From Malacoraja senta (lineage: Eukaryota): a stretch of 64,000 nt of DNA. Each line of letters opens with the position of its first letter. Position 1 is the stretch's first letter. The notes below the pieces were generated by a model that was given only the letters and a program-made list of their open reading frames with translations, was not told the origin of the DNA and searched no databases. The DNA is taken from contig CM075981.1 of the NCBI GenBank assembly GCA_038087875.1, forward strand, positions 68,386,001-68,450,000, read 5' to 3'. Made by a program: the position numbers and the translations under genes. Of this stretch, positions 52,912 through 64,000 are shown in pieces.

Positions 52912-54756
52912 TAAGACAAAGTAGTCTATGGGTCAAATGCTGGTAAATGGTATCGGTTTAGATAGAAACTTGATGGTCCAAATGGCCTGTTTCTGTGCTG
53001 AATGAATCAATGACTCCGAGGTTTATAAGGACAAGGAGATCCATCCACGGAGTGCATTTTCATTTGGCTGTGGATTACAAAGAGAGCATCCCATTCACAG
53101 ACCTCAGTGGCACTTAACAACATATAGGGCAGATGGGTTAATTAGGGAGATGTTTTATCTCTATTTGGGATCTTAATGACAAACAGTTAACACAATTCAT
53201 CTGATTTCAAGAATTACATTTCTAAGTATAATCGTCTGTGTCGTTTTTTGAGGGAGATACTTGGAGCTGTGGAGCTTATGCATCTACTTGATGAATGTAG
53301 AACTATATCAACCAAGTTGATCACTCGAACCATCATCTTCCGAGCTGCAAAATGGCAATAATGCTTCAATTGCATTAGCATTAGTCATGAATTGTGATCA
53401 AAGCAATGGAACTGAACGTTGCCTCTGCTTTCAATGTGCCAGCCAGTTTGTGATTGCTATTTCACCCTTTTATGAGTAATGAAGTTGATGCATTGCCTTA
53501 TTGGATGTGACAGGCCAAGCACATAAAGATTAGTCGTGCTGTAATTAAATGTGCTGTAGCCAGCAGAGTGTTTGCTGAAATGACTTCATGCAGAAGTAGC
53601 AGAGGTGGCAACGCTGACTGTGGAGCCTTTCTACCATCTGACCCCTCGATGACAGAGCGCCGCAGTTCATGAAATATGCTGCAGCTCGACTTGCTCCGCA
53701 ACTCAGAAATAAACACTTGCAGAGCTTGTAAACAAAACTATCCGGTCTCTGACAAAACAACATGCCCTATGTCATGGGGTCATAGAGTCATAGAATGGTA
53801 CAGTGTGGAAACAGGCCCTTCAGCCCAACTTGTCCACACCGGCCAACAATGTCCTAGCTACACTAGTCCCACTTGCCTGTGCTTGGTCCATATCCCTCCA
53901 AACTTGTCCTATCCATGTACCTGTCTAATTGTTTCTTAAAAGATGCGCTAGTCCCAGCCTCAACTACCTGCTCTGGCAGCTTGTTCCATACACCCACCAC
54001 CCTTTGTGTAAAAAGGTCACCCCTCGGATTCCTCTTTTCCCCCTTCACCTTGAACTTATATCCTCTGCGTCCTCGATTCCCCTATGGGCAAGAGACTCTG
54101 TGCATCTACCCAATCCATTCCTCTCATGATTTTCCTATACAGCAGCAAATGGGAGAATATATTCTATAATTTGTATGCAAAAATGCTTTTCTATTGGAAA
54201 GAGGTGATTACAAATATAGCCGACATCTCATGAAGGATAGCATCTCCATCACTAATCATAACCTGGCCTCAAGATTTATCACACAAGTTACATTAAGCCC
54301 TGGCCTATCTTCTATGAAGGACATAAAAGATCTCCTGGTATTATTCCAGAAAGAGAAAGAGAGCTCTCCCAATATCACTGGAACTCCCATTTTATTTGAA
54401 GGACCTTTCTGTGCACAATGTGGTTGCTACTATTTTAATGACTACTTCAAATGCACTTCATAGGTGTAATGTGCTTCTGGATATGGGCAGGAAATAGTCT
54501 TTCTAAATGGTGTTCTTTTTTCTTTCTGGTACATTGTGCAAGAGAGAATTGAGATTTCAATCAATGATAATGTAATAAACTTGCATCAAACGGTGAGTGC
54601 CATTGGAAATTTCCTATTCTGTACCAGGAATAATGCTTTCTTTCTTGAGGTGCAGTAGAAACATCTCCCTATTGAGTGCAGGTAGTTTGCAATGACACTT
54701 ATTGCCTGATACAAGGTTGTATCAGATGGAGATATGATACATCAAGTAAACAACGG

Positions 54757-55071
54757 GATGGCACGGTGGCGCAGTGGTAGATTTGCCGCCTTACAGCGCC
54801 AGAGACCCGGGTTCGATCCTGACTACAAGTGCTATCAGTACGTGGTTTGAACATTCTCCCTGTGACCTGCGTGGGTTTTCTCTGGGTGCTCCGGTTTCCA
54901 CCCACACTCCAAAGTCATACAGGCTGGTAGGTTAATTGGCTTCAGTAAAAATTGTATATTGTCCCTAGTATGTAACATGTGCGTGTCTAACGGGGATCGC
55001 TGGTCGGCGCGGACTCGGTGGGCCGATGGGCCTGTTTCAGTGCTGCATCTCTAAACTAAATTAAACTAAAA
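54757..55071 (+). mobile_element. HE1-like SINE, full length
   Basis: A box TGGCGCAGTGG, B box GGTTCGATCC and (CTAAA)n tail. Confidence 0.9.
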
Positions 55072-56374
55072 TACCAGTCCTAAAGGCTGTCAGTAACAAT
55101 CCTCCATGCCAGTGCACCAATATACAGCCATTTCTTCTCTGTTGCTCTCACTTCTGCAACTAATGGCTTAACTCCAAAAAAAAAAGGCTAAAAGGTGAAT
55201 GGTAATATCACAAAAAGAAAGGTCAGTGTACGGCATGAAGAATGCTCTTTTACTTTTTCATTGTAATGACATTTATTTGTAGAATATGTCAATTTTGAAA
55301 TGACTTTTTAAAATAGTTATTTTTTCCAGTAAGAAGGTCTGTGGTCATTTCTAACTAGACTTGAGCCCCATGCATAAAAGAAATCCACAGAAAATATTCT
55401 CTTTGCTGACATAGATGACTTAGCTTGCCTTATTCTCATGTGGTACATAGATTGCAAGACACAAGTTGGCAAGACTCAAAGGTTAAGAACGCCAAAATGA
55501 ATGCAAGGTGCCCGAGAAACTGCAAAGAGTTATGGATGGAGCCCAGCCCATCACACAAATCAGCCCCCTTCCACCTCACCCCCCCCCCCCTTAACAACTC
55601 TATCTATACTTCACACAGCCTCAGGAAAGCAACCAGCATAATCATGATACAGTGTGTCACAACCTGGTCATTCCTCCTCTCTCCCGTCAGGCAGGAGCTA
55701 CTGTACAAAAGCTTGAAAGTATGTACCACCAGATTCAAGAACAGCTTCTTCCCTGCGTTTACCAGATGATTGAATGGACCTCTCATAAACTAAGGATGTA
55801 ATGTAATTTGTATGTAATTGTTTGTAATTGTATTTGTTAGTCTGTGTTCAAGATGGCGGTCGGAGGGGAGAGTGGACGCTGGCGTTAAATTGCCGCTGCT
55901 CTCTCCTCAAATTGTGCTTCTGATTTTCTTTTTTTTGTGTTTTTTTTTAAGGAATTCTGTCCCTGATTTATGTATTGGTCTTTATAACCTTTTTTTTTTT
56001 TTTTTTTTAATTCTGATTATATGTTTTCTATAAATCTCTGTATGGTGTCCTTGAGACCTCGGTATAAGGCGCCCGTAAATAAAATCCATTATTATTATTA
56101 TTATCTCCAATCTCACAATCTATCTTGTTGTGGCCCTTGCACTATTCTTTATCCACACTTTACTGCAGCTGTAACATTATATTCCTTTCTCTTTTTTACA
56201 CTCATCATTTGCTTGTACTTATGTCACTTGCCTGAATGACTGAATGCCTGTATGACTTGCCTGAGAAGCACACAAAACAACGTTTTTTATCTGTATCTCA
56301 GTACACGTGACAATAATAATGGCAATACCAAGAATGTACAGTAGCAAGTTAAAATCCTAATAATGTATCAGATT

Positions 56375-56672
56375 TTTAGTTTTGTGATACAGCGTGGAAC
56401 TAGGCCCTTCGAGCCACCGGGTCCATGCCAATCACAGATCGCGTACACTAGCACTATCCTACACATTACAGACAATTTAGAATTCACCAAAGCCAATTAA
56501 CCTACAAACCTATATGTCTTTAGAGTGTGGGAGGAAACTGGAGAACCCGGGGAAAACCCACGCCATCACAGGGAGAATGTACAAACTCCATACAGACAGC
56601 ACCCGTGGTCAGGATCTAACCCGGGTGTCTGGTGCTGTAAGGCAGCAACTCCACCGCAGTGCCACTGCCCTC
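56375..56672 (-). mobile_element. HE1-like SINE
   Basis: Family consensus. Confidence 0.85.
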
Positions 56673-57615
56673 CCATCTAATGAGTTTTCTGCTGGCTTCT
56701 ACGTTCTGCAAAAAGAAAGTGCTGGAGGAGCTCAACAGATCAGGCAGCATCTGTGGACGACATTTCAGGTTGGGAGTCTGAAGAAAGGTCTCAACCCAAA
56801 ATCTTTTCCAGCCATTTCCCTCCACAGATGCTGCCAGGCCCATTGAGTTCCTTGAACATTTTGCTTTTTGTTCAAGACTCCAGCTTCTGCAGTCAATTAT
56901 GCCTCCGTTCTACATTTAGCATCCAGCTCTAAAACCTCTCCAGTCCTGACCTCCAGCTTTCCTCGCTCAAACTCTGGCAGTCACCATTCAGCCAACTAGT
57001 TGCCTGTCTCTGGAATTCCCTCTCCAAAGATCACAGCCTCACCACCTTGCTTTTTCTTTTCTCTTTTAACACCCTCCTGTATTCTTATCTCCCAATATTG
57101 TTTTGTGGTTGACTATCACTTTTTATTTGGGAGAGATCCAGGGATAGAAGTAGTATATTTGTTTGGCAACACTATGAGACCAAGGGGAGATGTTACTCAC
57201 CATGGCCACTTCACTTGCATGTCACCAGACAGCGATTCTAACTTTAATGCTAACTTTATTATGTCTCCAATATTATATTATTATTTTCTAAGTGACTTCT
57301 CTTGTGTTTATTATCCATTTCTTCCTTTTCCTCTGTGTTTTAAGCGGATGTGTATTCCCCGTCATCTTTATCAAGTCTTCAAACCACTTTGCTTGTTGTC
57401 GCTTGATGGAATGCAAGGATGGTTGCAGCTTTATTGCTTTATGTGTTTACTTCTTGTCACTCCCAACTTTCTTGCAAAGCAATGCATTTGGAGCATTAAT
57501 AGATCTTTCAGCCCTGTGAAGTTCAGATACAGTTTCAACACAGAAGGAGCAATATGGTTGCTTGTGTGAGTTTCCTCTCAGTTGGTATTGAATCAAGTTG
57601 CAAGATCCACTGGGT

Positions 57616-57669
57616 GGGGTGGAAGATTGCAACCTTCACGTGGTCCGCCCTGTTTCGACTAATGCAATC
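57616..57669 (+). ncRNA. Minimal HDV-like self-cleaving ribozyme (54 nt)
   Basis: P1 GGGGUGG/CCGCCCU with G1-U wobble, P2 GAUUGCA/UGCAAUC, P3 ACC/GGU, L3 UUCACGU, P1.1 G, P4 reduced to U-UUCG-A, J4/2 CUAA with a candidate catalytic C57659. Confidence 0.8.
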
Positions 57670-57748
57670 AACTCAACGTGCACAAACGGAAGATCAAATA
57701 GAACAAGTTGTCCAACAACTTTAGGCTGTGCACGCCACACGAAAGAAG
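57616..57748 (+). mobile_element. 133-bp retroposon with a 5' HDV-like ribozyme, (AAG)n tail and 14-bp TSD (family A)
   Basis: TSD AAGATCCAC(T/C)GGGT at 57602-57615 and 57749-57762. The 3' end is gcacgccacacgaaagaag. Confidence 0.8.
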
Positions 57749-58504
57749 AAGATCCACCGGGTGGCGCCCATAATGACCGCCTCGCTAGCAGTCTGTCGTC
57801 CTTTCTCTATTTTTATTATTTTAAATATGTCTTGAATGTTTGTTTTAATGTCTCTTGGTATGTTTTATGTGGGGGGTGCGGGGGGGGGAGGGGTCGGGGG
57901 AAACTTTTTCCAGTCACTTACCTCGATGGAGATGCGATTTTTCTCCGTGTCACATCTCCCTACCCCCCTGCGGCCTTTCCTGGAGACCGGCCCGGAGCTT
58001 CAAGCCCGGCACGGACTTACCATCGCGGAGCCTGGGATCTTTTGCCAAGGATCGGCAGGGTTGGAGTTCCGACCGCGTGGCCTGTTTACTTTAACACTGT
58101 GAAACAGCGGTCTCCGGTAAGAAGCGGCCGACCCGGGAGCTCCATGCTGCGGAGTGTTGCGATCCGTCCCGACGCCGGAGTTTCGATCATCCCGACGAGA
58201 GGGCTTGATCAGCAGACCGTCGGCAGCGGCCCCGTTCCAAGGCCTCGAGCACGGATGAACAAAGGAGGAAGATGTCTGCATTTTAAGGCCTTCCATCACA
58301 GTGAGGAATGTTGATTCTTCTTCACTATCATCTTCTTCACTATCTTCAATACTGTGGTTATTAAATTATTGAGTGGGAGTTTTGTTACTAATTCTATATT
58401 ATCTGTGTGGATTATGATTACAGACCCGTTCTGCAGCTGCAAATAAGAATTCCTTTGTTGGTACATAGGACAATTAAACACTTTAAAATCGACTCTACAT
58501 ATAA

Positions 58505-58938
58505 ATTTAGACTTTGGACTTTAGAGATATACCATGGAAACAGGCCCTTCGGCCCACCGAGTCCGCGCCGACCAGCGATCACCCCGTACACTAACACTAT
58601 CCTATACACTGCGGACAATTTACAATTGTACCGAAGCAAATTAACCGACAAACCTGTACATGTTTAGAGTATGGGAGGAAACTTGAGCACCCAGAGAGGG
58701 CATCCGGCCTGTTTGATTCCATATAAAAACAATCCAGCTTGTTCCACTCTCCTACCCTCTCTCCATCACACTGCAAACCTTTTCTGGAGTTTGCACCAGC
58801 TGGAGCAGCCGGAGAAAATCCACGCAGTCACACGGTGAATGTATAAACTCTGTACAGACAGCACCCGGTGTCAGGATCGAACCCGGGTCTCTGGCGCTAT
58901 AAGGCAGCAACACTACTGCTGTGCCACCGTGCTGCCCC
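58505..58938 (-). mobile_element. HE1-like SINE with an internal insert (~58700-58800)
   Basis: Family consensus, interrupted. Confidence 0.8.
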
Positions 58939-59530
58939 TAGATACAATATTTTGCTCCTGTTATGCCTGGCATTCTTCCATTACCATGCTTCTGTACGTG
59001 TAAGGACTATTTGGTCACTGTCCCTTGTAGCCCCTCATTTCCTCAAGTTTGGTTTGATCCATGCCCATTGTGATGTTTTGATAAGAATGCTACATGTATA
59101 GAATGAGTTGTTAACTTCTTATTTTGACTTCCATAGTCTTTAAATTGGTATCTTCCTGTCTGCAGCTGTCACTCTTCCTGACTCCAGGCTCATTTAGAAT
59201 TCTCCATCCATCATCCTCAACCCCCCTGTGAGATCATTCTAACTGACAGTGTGTTTACGTCACTGTGGGAATGGTTGGGCATGGAGGGAAGCCAGCTAAC
59301 AGTGGTTTTGTATAGAATTGGCTGTCTTAAAGCCAGCCAAGGTTGGGTGAAAAAAGGAAGGCTTAATATAACAAACTGAGGATTCAACAGTATATTCAAG
59401 TAAAACATCTAAACCTATTGAGGTAAATAATTAGACAAAGTTCATTTGGCCTCAGTGGCTTTTACATTGAAAGCAGTCACTCTTGTAATAAAGGAAATCC
59501 TAGAGTTCTGCAAACAGCTAACAAAGCCAG

Positions 59531-59872
59531 AAAAAAGTGCTGAAGTAATTCAGTGGGTCAGGCAGCATCGCTGTGAAGAAGGGTTCCGCATCAGTCTGAA
59601 GAAAGGTTTCGGCACGAAACATTGCTTCTTTCCTTCGCTCCATAGATGCTGCCGCACCCGCTGAGTTTCTCCAGCAATTCTGTCTACCTAGCACCCCTGT
59701 GAACATGGACAGACAACATTTCGGGTCAGGACCCTTCTTTGGGCTGATCTGAAGAAGGGTCCCGACCTGAAACGTTGTCTATCCATGTTCTCCAGAGATG
59801 CTGCCTGACCCGTTAAATTACTCCAGCACTTTGTGTCTTTTTTGTAAACTAGCATCTGTAGTTCCTTACATC
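59531..59872 (+). mobile_element. PLE fold-back element with a second PLE unit nested in its left arm
   Basis: Inner unit 59578-59689 is flanked by AGCATCGCTGTGAA / AGCACCCCTGTGAA. Hammerhead-like cores near 59596 and 59749. Confidence 0.7.
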
Positions 59873-60848
59873 TACTGGCAAACAAACCCACATCGCCTCC
59901 CAGTTAAACAAAGCCCCAACTTTAAAAGTCTTGTCCTAGTTTTAATGTCCGTCTATTGTCTTACACTTCCCTACTTCTGTGCTCCACAACTGGTTTGGTA
60001 ACAATTGGAATACTGTGTCCTCTTCTGGTCACCACCTTAGCCAGGATGTGTAGGCCTTGGAGCCATTTACTACAGATGAGGGACTTCAGTTATCTGTACA
60101 AGCAGAAGCTTGGGCTGTTTTACTTGAAGCACAGGAGGCTGTGGGGAGATGGAGGTATTAACTCTATAAGGGTCTGGCCAGAATAGATTGCGAGAAATTG
60201 TTCCTGCTGCTAGACGGCCAAGAACCAAAGGATGAAGAGCCATGAAGATTGACAAAAGTTGGCAATTTTCAGAAAGTGGTTAGTGGAGTTAGGTTCAATT
60301 GAACAGTCGAAAAGGAGCTGGTTGGTGATCTGACAGGAAAGAGTTTGCAGTGTGATGGAAAAGCCGAAGAGTGGAGCAAGCTTGATTGTTCTTACATGGA
60401 ATCAAACAGGCTGGATGGCCGTTTTCCATGCTGTAACCATGCTGTGAATCTATAATTACAGCTCCTTATCCCTCTGTGAAATCTGCATTGCTCCAATTCC
60501 AGCCTTTGGACATCAATGAATTTCATTTATTTGATATTTGGGCTGTACCTTCAGCTGTCAAAGCCCTCAACTTGGGATTTCACTCACAAAACCTCTCTAA
60601 CTTTCAGCTTATCTACTAGACATTTCTTAAGATTTTCTCCATTGACCAAGTTTATGGCAACTTTGGGTCAGAGCAACCAGTTTGGCATCATCTTTTGGTT
60701 GAGTACATTGCTGTGATGCACCTCGGATATTCATGGCCCAATTTTCACTATTGACATCCAATTCTCTCACATCTCCGTTGTACACCAGAATGGCCTGAAG
60801 GATCCACACTTCTTCCTTGAACACAGGTCACACCTGTCCCTCTTCCAT

Positions 60849-62217
60849 AAACATAGAAACATAGAAAATAGGTGCAGGAGTAGGCCATTCAGCCCTTCGA
60901 GCCTGTACCGCCATTCAATATGATCATAGCTGATCATCCAACTCAGTATCCTGTACCTGCCTTCTCTCCATACCCCCTGACCCCTATAGCCACAAGGGCC
61001 ACATCTAACTCCCTCTTAAATATAGCCAATGAACTGGCCTCAACTACCTTCTGTGGCAGAGAATTCCACAGATTCACCACTCTCTGTGTGAAAAATGTTT
61101 TCCTCATCTCGGTCCTAAAAGATTTCCCCCTTATCCTTAAACTGTGACCCCTTGTTCTGGACTTCCCCAACATCGGGAACAATCTTCCTGCATTTGGCCT
61201 GTACAACCCCTTAAGAATTTTGTACGTTTCTATAAGATCCCCCCTCAATCTTCTAAATTCTAGCGAGTACAAGCCGAGCCTATCCAGTCTTTCTTCATAT
61301 GAAAGTCCTGACATCCCAGGAATCAGTCTGGCGAACCTTCTCTGTACTCCCTCTATGGCAAGAATGTCTTTCCTCAGATTTGGAGACCAAAACTGTACGC
61401 AATACTCCAGGTGTGGTCTCACCAAGGCCCTGTACAGCTGCAGTAGAACCTCCCTGCTCCTATACTCAAATCCTTTTGCTATGAATGCTAACATACCATT
61501 CGCTTTCTTCACTGCCTGCTGCACCTGCATGCCTACTTTCAATGACTGGTGTACCATAACACCCAGGTCTCGTTGCATCTCCCCTTTTCCTAATCGGCCA
61601 CCATTCAGATAATAGTCTACTTTCCTGTTTTTGCCACCAAAGTGGATAACCTCACATTTATCCACATTATACTGCATCTGCCATGCATTTGCCCACTCAC
61701 CCAGCCTATCCAAGTCACCTTGCAGCCTCCTAGCATCCTCCTCACAGCTAACACTGCCCCCCAGCTTAGTGTCATCCGCAAACTTGGAGATGTTGCATTC
61801 AATTCCCTCGTCCAAATCATTAATATATATTGTAACTAGCTGGGGCCCCAGCACTGAATCTTGCGGTACCCCACTAGTCACTGCCTGCCATTCTGGAAAG
61901 GACCCGTTTACTCCTACTCTTTGCTTCCTGTCTGCCAGCCAGTTCTCTATCCACATCAATACTGAACCCCCAATACTGTGTGCTTTAAGTTTGTATACTA
62001 ATCTCTTATGTGGGACCTTGTCGAAAGCCTTCTGAAAGTCCAGATATAACACATCCACTGGTTCTCCCTTATCCACTCTACTAGTTACATCCTCGAAAAA
62101 TTCTATAAGATTCATCAGACGTGATTTACCTTTCGTAAATCCATGCTGACTTTGTCCAATGATTTCACCACTTTCCAAATGTGCTGCTATCCCATCTTTA
62201 ATAACTGACTCTAGCAT
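60849..62217 (-). mobile_element. CR1 LINE, 5' truncated, RT C-terminal half in an open frame
   Basis: ORF 60943-62223 contains [11 protein letters not shown] and FADD. Ends in a (TTTCTATG)n tail. Confidence 0.95.
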
Positions 62218-62849
62218 TTTCAAACCTTCTCTCCCTACCTGAACTTGTTCTTATGTGCAATGCTTTTACAGAGGGCGGTGAGTGCATGGGACACACTGCC
62301 AGGGGTGGTGGTGGAGGCAGATATGATAGGCATTTAAGAAGCTTTTTGATAGGCACATGTATGTGCAGGGAATGGAGGAATATGGATCAGGTGCAGGGAG
62401 AAGAGATTAGTTTAACTAGCATCCTGTTCGTCATGGCCATTGTGGGTCGAAGAGCCTTTACTGAACATGTTCTATGTTCTTTGTCCTACCTCAAACAACT
62501 TCTCCTTCAAACTCATCTGATTTCCTCCAAATCAAGTGTAGCTATTGGAACCTGCATTGGCCAACGTTGTGCATGTTTCATGGGGGATCAGAAGGGTTTC
62601 ACTCCCACCAGGTCTCCTCCCTCATCTTTTTGTCCATCACTCATGGTTATATTGCCATTGTTCCTGCCCACGTCCAGAACTTAAACATTTCATTTATACG
62701 GTTGCCAGTTTCTGCCCCATTCTCACCGCCATATTTAACACTTTTCCACAAGTCTCCTCCTCCATCGCACAGGATAGTTTGATGGCCAGTATCCATGATG
62801 AGCCAACTGTTATCTTAACAATTCCACTGCCATCTTAACAATAACTCTT

Positions 62850-63500
62850 CCCACCCTTCCACTGCTCTCTGCTGACACACCACTCTCTCTTTCTACTTTC
62901 TCCAGCTCTATTGTATCTTCTGAAGGTCACACTTTCCACATCCTTCCACATACCACAGTTCGACAGCAATTGGCAGAGCAGCAGCCCCGGCAAGACATAA
63001 GCTATGAAGCTGCATCTGTGGCTGGGAAAAGATAACATCAGAGAAGGGTCTCAAGATCCACTTGGGCAGGGAAAAGTGCCTGGGAGAGCTTGGTGTGGGT
63101 CCTCGCATTGACCATTACCTTCTAAGAGGTAGGCCAAATCAGTCGAGTGAAGCCCAGTGGCAGGTTAACCACCACAGTCCACAGGGTATCAGCGCCCCAG
63201 GCGAAGCTCAACCAAGTACTGTCCCACCAACGGACACGAGTCCAGAGCCCAACCAGCCACAGTCAGCAGTAGAGAGGAAGATGGAAGGGAAAATAGCCAA
63301 ATGGAGCAGTCACTGGCAGTGGCTGAAGAGAAAAGATGCTGTCTGGGCTGCCAGGTGACCATCTAGAGGCTAACCATAAGACACACACCCAGGGCTGATC
63401 ACCCTGCGGTGGGCCTGCCTCGACTGAGGGTGTCTTGTGATAAAAGGCCGAGACTCCCAGTGACGTTGAGGTACACAACTGAAGAAGTGTCTGATTGGAA
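62850..63500 (+). mobile_element. Internally deleted Hero/NeSL-like (RLE) non-LTR element
   Basis: From 63011 the frame reads CICGWEKITSEKGLKIHLGREKC (N-terminal zinc finger) and continues in frame to KWSSHWQWLKRKDAVWAAR* (Hero-like C-terminus), with no RT or RLE between them. The 5' boundary is approximate. Confidence 0.55.
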
Positions 63501-64000
63501 GCAAAATCACCTAGTGGTCACCCCCAAGTTGCGGTGAAGAACCTTAGGGATTGTAACATCCAGTCCTACTAATCAATGTCTTAAATTCCATTTCCTGCTC
63601 TGCTGTTCTCAATTCCTCTCCTCCCTTCCAGTGCCAGGAGAGGGTTCCCTTTATCCCCACCTTGCACCCCATCATCCTCCAAGTTTCACAGAACATCCTC
63701 CAATCTAATCGTTCACTCTGAACACTTCCAGCATTCATAGCTGATGTTTGGGATGTTACGCTGTGTTAAAAATGCTGTAAAAATGGGAGCTATTGTTGTT
63801 AGTTGAGGGACAAATGTGCGCCAACAATTAATGTCAGCATTTCAAAGCTGATGTAATTATATTACTCCATAATTAGAATCACGGGCATGTGCTCAGTATA
63901 TTAAATCAGGGCAGCAATCATTTCTATTTCAGCAAGGGCATTCATACAGTAACGTAAAGCATCACTGTTCATTAAAAATAAAAACATTTACAAACACTAG

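Noticed and set aside
57000-57569. 189-aa hydrophobic ORF
   Set aside because: Starts at TTG in T-rich low-complexity sequence and has no recognisable domain.
57598-58314. 238-aa ORF
   Set aside because: It runs across a TSD, the ribozyme retroposon and a second GC-rich repeat, and has no protein motif.
63440-63492. GAGAC...CTGAAGA in the Hero-like 3' UTR as a permuted hammerhead
   Set aside because: The core GAAA is not intact, and helices I and III cannot be formed convincingly.

Overview
Vertebrate genomic DNA, most likely a cartilaginous fish (skate, ray or shark). The host is inferred from HE1-like tRNA/V-domain SINEs and their CR1-clade (HER1-like) partner LINEs. There is one host protein-coding gene, an intronless-CDS inward-rectifier K+ channel KCNJ12 (Kir2.2, 14222-15520 +), with an upstream splice acceptor and a probable ~2.5 kb 3' UTR. 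The rest is intronic or intergenic DNA dense in mobile elements: CR1 LINEs, L1-clade LINEs with TSDs, many SINEs, Penelope-like (PLE) 3' fragments and fold-back mini-elements carrying a hammerhead-like motif, Harbinger- and piggyBac-type MITEs, Rex1/L2-like tails, and an internally deleted Hero-like RLE element. The most notable finding is two different ~130-175 bp TSD-flanked retroposons with (AAG)n tails (57616-57748 + and 27355-27528 -). Each begins exactly at a 52-54 nt minimal HDV-like self-cleaving ribozyme fold with a CPEB3-type UUCACGU loop, and the two show compensatory changes in P1, P2 and P3. Several local templated-insertion and snap-back scars are also visible. Two N gaps lie at 22682-23028. 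All structures were derived by eye; no searches or folding programs were run.
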